Shown piece by piece: positions 57,759 to 64,000 of a stretch of DNA of 64,000 bases (positions are counted from its first letter, which is position 1; the number at the start of each line of letters is the position of its first letter). This DNA comes from Patescibacteria group bacterium. GTDB taxonomy: Bacteria > Patescibacteriota > Minisyncoccia > Phycocordibacterales > Phycocordibacteraceae. The stretch covers positions 248,486 to 312,485 of the forward strand of contig JAIELV010000001.1 in the NCBI GenBank assembly GCA_019752595.1, in the 5' to 3' direction. A program made the translations under genes and the position numbers. The notes below the pieces were generated by a model that saw only the letters and a list, made by a program, of their open reading frames with translations, had not been told where the DNA came from and ran no database searches.

Positions 57759-58379
57759 TTAGTGTGCGTTTTTTGAACCGAAAATTGTCTTCCCGCATAC
57801 TACCCCATCCTCTCCGAATTCATAGCAATAGACTTCACCTGTTGCTATTTCGAGTTTGGGTATTTCTTCATCGCTTATATCCTCCAAATGCTTTACGAGG
57901 GCGCGAAGCGAATTGCCGTGCGCGACCAAGAGCACATTCTTGCCAGAGGCTACTTCAGGGAAGATAGACTCCTGGTAATACGGAACTGCACGCTCATAGA
58001 CGTCTTTTAAGGTCTCGCCTTCTGGGAGTGGGTAATTCCAGCTTCGACGAATACGATGAAACTCTTCATCTCCAACTTCCTTCTGCATGTCCCACTTATT
58101 TTTTCCTGTGTAAATACCATAGTGACGCTCATTCAAGGCGGGGTGAACCACGGCGTCATGAGCGAGCCCAAGTGTTTCCTTTATTGCGTCAAATGTCTGT
58201 TGCGCGCGTTTTAATCCCGAAGTGAAGGTCTTATGAATATCAAATCCGCGAATTGATTCACCTGCCTTCTTTGCCTCCTCAACGCCCTGTTCAGTAAGAC
58301 CTACATCGACATACCCTGTCCACTTACCAAGCTTATTCCACTCCGATTGACCGTGACGAACCAAAATTAGTTTAGCCAT
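57759..58379 (-). CDS. gpmA: 2,3-BPG-dependent phosphoglycerate mutase
   Basis: LVRHGQSEWN, LNERHYG, AHGNSLR. Confidence 0.95.
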   Translation of the reverse strand: MAKLILVRHGQSEWNKLGKWTGYVDVGLTEQGVEEAKKAGESIRGFDIHKTFTSGLKRAQQTFDAIKETLGLAHDAVVHPALNERHYGIYTGKNKWDMQKEVGDEEFHRIRRSWNYPLPEGETLKDVYERAVPYYQESIFPEVASGKNVLLVAHGNSLRALVKHLEDISDEEIPKLEIATGEVYCYEFGEDGVVCGKTIFGSKNAH

Positions 58380-58380
58380 A

Positions 58381-58917
58381 TTAAAAATCGATACTAAATT
58401 CGTGTATTGAACCGTTGCGTATAAATTCGTGAACCTCATTACCGTGAATGTGATGCAAAAGACGTATCACTCCACCGTGTGCAACAATCAAAACTGATTT
58501 TCCATTCTCTTTTTGCGCGATGTCTTTAAACGCAGCGAATACTCTATCTCTTACATCTTCTGCCGATTCACCTCCATACGGACGGTAGTCATATTCCTGC
58601 TGAGTATCTTTTTCGTGCAATGAACCATCTGGGTCAAAAGCAGACCATTCCTGTCCGTCTAAAGACCCAAAGCTCCGTTCTCTCAGTCGCGCATCATACG
58701 TTACAGGTAAATTCCGCTCTCTATTTAAAATATCGGTCGTCTGCTTTGTCCTCAGTAAGTCTGAGGAATAAATCCCGACGATGTCATTAGGAAGCTCTTT
58801 TATTGCTGTCTCAACTTGCCCTCTACCTTCTTCCGTAATTGGTATGTCCAGCTGACCCGTTGTACGACCTGAGCCATTTAACTCGGTTTTGCCGTGACGA
58901 ATGATGTAAAACTTCAT
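58381..58917 (-). CDS. Histidine phosphatase family protein
   Basis: RHGKT, SSDLLR, LRERSFG, AHGGVIR. Confidence 0.9.
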   Translation of the reverse strand: MKFYIIRHGKTELNGSGRTTGQLDIPITEEGRGQVETAIKELPNDIVGIYSSDLLRTKQTTDILNRERNLPVTYDARLRERSFGSLDGQEWSAFDPDGSLHEKDTQQEYDYRPYGGESAEDVRDRVFAAFKDIAQKENGKSVLIVAHGGVIRLLHHIHGNEVHEFIRNGSIHEFSIDF

Positions 58918-58926
58918 TCGTTCAGT

Positions 58927-60210
58927 CTAACGGTGGAATTGATTTCCCGCAAAAACTGCCTGCGCACCCAGTGATTCCTCAATGCGCAGAAGTTCGTTAT
59001 ATTTTGCCGTGCGATCAGTTCGGCTCGTCGAGCCTGTTTTTATTTGACCTGCAGCCAAGCCCACCGCAAGGTGTGTAATCGTAGTGTCCTCGGTTTCTCC
59101 CGAACGATGAGAAACGATTGTTTTCCAACCCGCATCTTTTGCGCGCTCAATAACATCAATAGTTTCCGTAAGTGTACCAATCTGATTCGGTTTTATTAAA
59201 ATCGCATTCGCCGCCTTTTCAGAAATCCCTCGTTCTAAAAATTCTTTATTGGTGACCAAGAGGTCGTCGCCCACAAGTTGAGTACTGCTTCCCATTTTTT
59301 CCGTAAGCTTCTTCCAGCCATTCCAGTCGTTCTCAGAAAGCCCATCTTCAATCGACACAATCGGAAATTCTTTTACTAAAGATTCGTACATCGCAATCAT
59401 ACCCGAGGCATCTAATTTCTTGTCTTCTGTTTGAAGTGAGTATGTGCCGCCTGCAAAAAGTTCTGTTCCTGCAACATCAAGCGCGATGACAAAATCTTTT
59501 TCAAGCGCGTACCCTGCACCTGATACTGCTTCTGCAACCAATTCAAGTGCTTCACGATTTCCTCTACGAACAGTGGGAGCGAAACCACCTTCATCCCCAA
59601 CGGTTGTTCCATACCCCCTCTGGGTTAACACTTTCTTCAGTGAATGAAAGACTTCCGCGGTCATACGAATACCTTCGGAGAACGTTGGGGCGCCGACAGG
59701 CATAATCATAAATTCCTGAATGTCAGTCGAGCCTGCGGCGTGCTTACCGCCATTAATGATGTTTGCCATCGGAAGCGGCAATACTGGTTCGGGTTTCGTC
59801 TGTGAAATGCTTCTCAGATGTTCGTATAACGGGACACGCTTTTCGTTCGCTGCGGCATGAGCAACCGCGAGCGACACCGCAAGTAGTGCGTTTGCACCGA
59901 GCCTGCTTTTGTTTTTTGTGCCATCGAGCGCGATTAATTTCTCATCAAGTACGTGTTGGTGATCGGCGTACATCCCGATAACTGCTGGGCGCACCTCTCC
60001 AAGCACATTGTGAATCGCCTTCTGCACACCTTTCCCGCCGTAGCGCACTCCACCATCCCTCAATTCGTGCGCCTCATGGCTTCCTGTTGAAGCACCTGAA
60101 GGAGACGCCGCACGGCCCGTTGTGCCACTTTCCAAAACAACATCCACCTCAACGGTTGGGTTCCCGCGGGAATCAAGAATTTCCCTCGCACGAACGTTAG
60201 CAATTTTCAT
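58927..60210 (-). CDS. eno: Enolase
   Basis: [41 protein letters not shown]. Confidence 0.99.
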   Translation of the reverse strand: MKIANVRAREILDSRGNPTVEVDVVLESGTTGRAASPSGASTGSHEAHELRDGGVRYGGKGVQKAIHNVLGEVRPAVIGMYADHQHVLDEKLIALDGTKNKSRLGANALLAVSLAVAHAAANEKRVPLYEHLRSISQTKPEPVLPLPMANIINGGKHAAGSTDIQEFMIMPVGAPTFSEGIRMTAEVFHSLKKVLTQRGYGTTVGDEGGFAPTVRRGNREALELVAEAVSGAGYALEKDFVIALDVAGTELFAGGTYSLQTEDKKLDASGMIAMYESLVKEFPIVSIEDGLSENDWNGWKKLTEKMGSSTQLVGDDLLVTNKEFLERGISEKAANAILIKPNQIGTLTETIDVIERAKDAGWKTIVSHRSGETEDTTITHLAVGLAAGQIKTGSTSRTDRTAKYNELLRIEESLGAQAVFAGNQFHR

Positions 60211-60229
60211 GTTCGTATCCTACGGCTGA

Positions 60230-61147
60230 TTATCTGAATACGGAAGTGCCACTATCAAACTTCAGGGCAAGAATCAGCTCGCCTTTTGACGTGAAGCTGT
60301 AGCCTGCAACATTTTGGAGCATCTGTGAAAATTCAGTTTCCTGGGAGCCCTCGCAGTACATCTTTGTTGAGAATATTTTACTAAACGTCAATTTTTCACC
60401 TTCAACAGAATAGCTCCCACCCATTTGATTGCAGTCGGTCTTGAGTGAAAACGTGCCGTCAGTGTTAAACGTCAGTACAAACGCTGAAGGAGTGTTTGGT
60501 AGCGTCTGTTTTCCATTCTCATACTGAGATGAGATCCATTCCCACGGTTTCATGGTGAGAGACATTTTTTTAGGATCTGCCTCACCTTCAAAATTCTGCA
60601 CGACTTCGCCGAAGCTGTTTGATGTAGCGTCATACTTTAGATACAAACTTTTCCCTTCTGTAGGCTCATTGGTCATCGGTTCTCCAGGCTTTCTGTCCGC
60701 GTAATTTACAACTATCACTCCATTCTTGAATTCAGTTGTCTGAGGAGCGATTCGGTCACCAATGAAAACAGCGTTTGTACTGCGGTACCCGCCGTCTTCC
60801 TTTAAAGCGCTCACGAGATAGAAGAACGCCCCCGAGCCACCAGAATTTTGAGTAATCAAAAACGAAATGTCTTCGTTTCCGTCACCGTTTACATCACCGC
60901 GGACTTCGTTTCCAAAGTACTGCGTTACCACCTGTGCTGCAGAGCCTGGCACTATAGCGACCTCCGACTTCCCGTCTACAAACTCCACCTCCGTGCCACC
61001 AACGGTATACGTGCCATTTTTGTAGTCTGCAAAAAGACCATTTCCAGTGTCAGCAGTACTACTTGTTCTCTGGTAGTAACTAAATCCATACACGCCTGCT
61101 GAGACCAAAACTCCGAGGACGATAACCCAAATTAAAATATGCTTCAT
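60230..61147 (-). CDS. Membrane-anchored META (HslJ-like) domain protein
   Basis: N-terminal TM; GDVNGDG; C-terminal TDCN..G.Y..STKMYC. Confidence 0.85.
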   Translation of the reverse strand: MKHILIWVIVLGVLVSAGVYGFSYYQRTSSTADTGNGLFADYKNGTYTVGGTEVEFVDGKSEVAIVPGSAAQVVTQYFGNEVRGDVNGDGNEDISFLITQNSGGSGAFFYLVSALKEDGGYRSTNAVFIGDRIAPQTTEFKNGVIVVNYADRKPGEPMTNEPTEGKSLYLKYDATSNSFGEVVQNFEGEADPKKMSLTMKPWEWISSQYENGKQTLPNTPSAFVLTFNTDGTFSLKTDCNQMGGSYSVEGEKLTFSKIFSTKMYCEGSQETEFSQMLQNVAGYSFTSKGELILALKFDSGTSVFR

Positions 61148-61298
61148 AGCTGTAGTGTACCAATAAGGACGAGACTCCTAGCCATTTCTTTCACCAGGAA
61201 CAAACACGATACCCACAGGGGCCTTTGGGTACGAGGCGAGCCTCAGTCTATCTAGTATCCTTATGGGTGAGACATATTACTTAGTAATTTTTATATTT

Positions 61299-61730
61299 AT
61301 GATGAAACTGCTTTATATGAAGTGCTCGGAGAAATGGGCTGATTTTGCCCCCCTCGTTCTCCGTCTTGCACTCGGTGCTGTGTTCTTCCTGCACGGATAT
61401 GACAAAGTGTTCGTGAAGGGAATCCCAGCAATTACGGGATTTATGGCGAGCCTCAGCCTCCCTGCTCCTGAATTGATGGCGTACATCCTTTCTTACGGAG
61501 AACTCATCGGCGGTGCTCTTATTATCCTTGGCGCTCTCACCTACTGGGCGACACTCTTTGGTATCGTGGTTGCCGTAGTGGCTTGGGTAACCGTGCATTT
61601 GCCGAACGGTTTCTTCGTGGGTGATGGCGGATACGAATTCATCATGCTTATCCTTGCAGCATCAGTGTCGCTCATGATTTCGGGTGCCGGAAAATATTCC
61701 GTCGACGGAATGATGACAAAAAAGATGTAG
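61299..61730 (+). CDS. DoxX family membrane protein
   Basis: LRLALGAVFFLHGYDK, ELIGG, GYEF, GAGKYSVD. Confidence 0.93.
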   Translation: MMKLLYMKCSEKWADFAPLVLRLALGAVFFLHGYDKVFVKGIPAITGFMASLSLPAPELMAYILSYGELIGGALIILGALTYWATLFGIVVAVVAWVTVHLPNGFFVGDGGYEFIMLILAASVSLMISGAGKYSVDGMMTKKM

Positions 61731-61753
61731 CATCTACAGATTTCACTTCAACT

Positions 61754-61795
61754 TAAAAACGCCCAGCCCTCTCAGAGAGAGGCTGGGCGTTTTTA
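61754..61795. terminator. Bidirectional intrinsic terminator
   Basis: TAAAAACGCCCAGCC...GGCTGGGCGTTTTTA between convergent genes. Confidence 0.85.
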
Positions 61796-61824
61796 TTTTG
61801 CATTTCTATTTTTGTTTTACGTCC

Positions 61825-62202
61825 CTATCCAACAATAACGTTAAATCCCGCGAAGGCTGTTCGCTTCATATCAAACGGCATGTCGCTCATTTTTGCATCC
61901 TTATACTTTTCTGACATGTGTGCATCAATTTTTTTATTGACTGCGTTGCGATGTTTTTTGTTTCGATACGTTATGTACGAAAACCACACATCTTCATTCT
62001 TTTTTACTTTAGTCATTTTCGCAAAGGTGAACGTTATGTGTTTCGGTTTTGCATCATCAATGAGGCATTCTTTGTAATCAAGAGCCCCGTACGAAAGCCA
62101 AATACCTTTGGCCTCAGTCGCCATTTTCTTGTACGCAGTACGATTCTTCTTCGGAACAACGAGGACGAATCCGTCTACGTATTGAGTTTTAGATTTAGCC
62201 AT
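61825..62202 (-). CDS. DUF1428 (YbaA-like) protein
   Basis: YVDGFVLVVP, GALDYKEC, MPFDMKR..FAGF. Confidence 0.9.
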   Translation of the reverse strand: MAKSKTQYVDGFVLVVPKKNRTAYKKMATEAKGIWLSYGALDYKECLIDDAKPKHITFTFAKMTKVKKNEDVWFSYITYRNKKHRNAVNKKIDAHMSEKYKDAKMSDMPFDMKRTAFAGFNVIVG

Positions 62203-62219
62203 ACAAATGTATTAGAATG

Positions 62220-62251
62220 AATAACTGATATGATATATCATATCAGTTATT
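62220..62251. repeat. Palindrome family P1, copy 3 (perfect, 32 bp)
   Basis: AATAACTGATATGATATATCATATCAGTTATT; contains the stop codon of the upstream gene. Confidence 0.95.
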
Positions 62252-62942
62252 GAGCGAAACAATAAAACAGACCGCCGCCGCCAGTTGACTTCAGGTTTTC
62301 TAAACTACATCCACGGCTTGCGTGGGAAGCATTCCAAGATTTCATTGGAGCCGAATCATCAATACCTACGCGATCATGGTGCCCTACAACTGCTGAACCG
62401 TCGGTGCTTGATGTCCAGTTATCGCACGTTGTGTCTTTACCCGAAGAATCGACAGCAAGCATGCCTTCCATAGTTGAACCTGTCAGAATATCGTGGACAT
62501 TTACCTCATCGCCGCGTCCTGAAACAACCTCGCCTTTTTCGGTAAGCGCAGTGTTTTTGTTCAAATTATTTTGGTCGCTATGAAGACGAAATACATTTTC
62601 TGCAATGAGTTTGCCTTTTGCGTTATACCAAGGACCATTACCGATTCTATCTTTCGCATTCACTGCGGGATTTTCGTCCGTAAAGTATGAACTCAAATAT
62701 GCGCGCCACGTTTTCCCCGTCACACCTACTGCTTCCGCAAGCTGTGCGCAGTACGCATCCGCGCCTTTTATTCCGCCTAGGTCACCGCCCTTCCCAGGAT
62801 TCGCGCTCGTTATGAAAAACGACATTGAAGTGTCTTCCGCAGGAAGTTCTGGGGCTTCTGCGGGTTTTGGATTCATAAAGAAGTAAACACCCGCGCCGAT
62901 AATGACGAGTGCGAGAACTATAAGAGGAATGCTGTATTTCAT
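62247..62942 (-). CDS. Membrane-anchored endostatin/C-type-lectin-like protein
   Basis: FFITS..GDLGGIKGADAYC, WRAYLS, RIGNGPW, HDILTGS, LFYCFA. Confidence 0.8.
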   Translation of the reverse strand: MKYSIPLIVLALVIIGAGVYFFMNPKPAEAPELPAEDTSMSFFITSANPGKGGDLGGIKGADAYCAQLAEAVGVTGKTWRAYLSSYFTDENPAVNAKDRIGNGPWYNAKGKLIAENVFRLHSDQNNLNKNTALTEKGEVVSGRGDEVNVHDILTGSTMEGMLAVDSSGKDTTCDNWTSSTDGSAVVGHHDRVGIDDSAPMKSWNASHASRGCSLENLKSTGGGGLFYCFAQ

Positions 62943-62965
62943 ATACGTGTATTATAAACCACCCG

Positions 62966-63787
62966 TTATTGCCCTCGGTCGTCCGTCCTTCGTTCTACAC
63001 CGCAGTGTTCTGCGACCTCAGTGCGCCACTCTTGCCAGTACCTAAGGGTGTCTTGCATTGCCTGAAGTACCTCGGCACGTCTTTCTTTCGGAATTCCTTT
63101 CAAAATCATACTCCACGCCGCCTTGCGGTGAGAACCAACGGCGCTATCTAGCTCATGGTGCGCTTCAATAAGGCCAAGAGAACGGAGCTGTACCTTTTTG
63201 TGAACATGAAGAGGGTGCTGTTCTAAGGGCAGTCCAAGCCACGGTTTAATTCCAAACTCTTTATGGAACACACTTCGCTCTCGCTTGTTTCCTTCGAGAA
63301 AAAGCGTGGAAACGGCGGCGCCCACTTCCCAACCGCGATTATGTGTCGCGTCCTCAAGAAAACTTCTGTACGCCTCTGCACGCGGCCCTAGAACCGCGGT
63401 ATCAAAGTCACGCACATCAAACCCAAATGCGGGATCCCGAGGAATGTCGAGGAACAAATCGGCATGGGAACGCGCGGGTACAGGATGCCCATATTTCTCT
63501 GACAAAATTCTTTGCGCAATATGCCCATACTCTTCTTCTTCAATGTTTTCTTTCAAATCCTTGCGGATTTTTCTGAATTTGTCTTGCGTGCCTTTTATTT
63601 TCGGTGGTAACTGCCCTAAAACTCCTTGCAGATAATGCGGAAACGGTTTTACAAAGACCGCATATTCGTCGCGGAAGTGATATCGCATCTTTGCGGTTTC
63701 AACGAATTCAGGAAATGCAAAATCTGCCCAGTGGGTTTTTTGCTCCATGATGCCGATTAGGGCATCGCGGAATTCCTTTTTGTTCAT
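62966..63787 (-). CDS. Heme-oxygenase-like diiron (PqqC/CADD/TenA fold) protein
   Basis: ENIEEEE..SHADLF, LEG, HHELD..H pattern; start may extend to 63877. Confidence 0.7.
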   Translation of the reverse strand: MNKKEFRDALIGIMEQKTHWADFAFPEFVETAKMRYHFRDEYAVFVKPFPHYLQGVLGQLPPKIKGTQDKFRKIRKDLKENIEEEEYGHIAQRILSEKYGHPVPARSHADLFLDIPRDPAFGFDVRDFDTAVLGPRAEAYRSFLEDATHNRGWEVGAAVSTLFLEGNKRERSVFHKEFGIKPWLGLPLEQHPLHVHKKVQLRSLGLIEAHHELDSAVGSHRKAAWSMILKGIPKERRAEVLQAMQDTLRYWQEWRTEVAEHCGVERRTDDRGQ

Positions 63788-63959
63788 CGGTTTTTTCTCT
63801 CTCCTTTCTCCTCTGTAGATAAACTGCAGATCTCCAAGCCCTCGTAAACCCTGCATTTTTTCTCTCTCACGTCTCATCTTTTTCTAGTCTATCACCACTC
63901 AACATATACGCACTGTGGGGCATTTTCATCCGTTTTTGAGAGGTATATGATGAAAACAT

Positions 63960-64000
63960 ATGAATACTCATACACAGGCGATAGCGGGTGGTGCGGTCGC
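63960..64000 (+). CDS. Start of a gene running off the window
   Basis: TATGAT-N8-ATG; MNTHTQAIAGGAV... Confidence 0.5.
   Translation, partial: MNTHTQAIAGGAV

Overview
Chromosomal window from a small-genome bacterium, most likely Patescibacteria/CPR (Parcubacteria-like). This is inferred from gene content, compact gene spacing and the near absence of Shine-Dalgarno sites; long ORFs read normally in genetic code 11. Most genes lie on the minus strand. Recognisable content: an RND permease; an F1Fo ATP synthase operon (atpBEFHAGDC) whose epsilon subunit lacks its C-terminal domain; mscL; a KpsF-like isomerase; NUDIX and DHFR/RibD-like genes; four tRNAs; a coupled tdh-kbl-aclB-aclA-GNAT operon; ddl; uvrABC; rarA; tgt; cysS; class Ia nrdAB; peptidases; eno and gpmA; a cluster of Cys-rich secreted surface proteins; many orphans. 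No CRISPR array, integrase, transposase, reverse transcriptase or rRNA is visible. Most interesting observations: (1) a 69-aa orphan with an IF1/zeta-type F1-ATPase inhibitor motif, in a genome whose epsilon lacks its inhibitory domain; (2) three families of loopless AT-rich intergenic palindromes, with identical copies far apart, several abutting stop codons; (3) a pervasive -10 box + 6-8 nt + start codon (leaderless) architecture, which also points to an ACG start for the KpsF-like gene; (4) two acetyl-CoA-producing routes in one operon with a GNAT; (5) inverted duplications and a direct repeat at tRNA and gene 3' ends; (6) degenerate enzymes (TGT without its Zn cysteines, pseudo-aldolase). 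All family calls come from motif recognition by eye; no database search was run.
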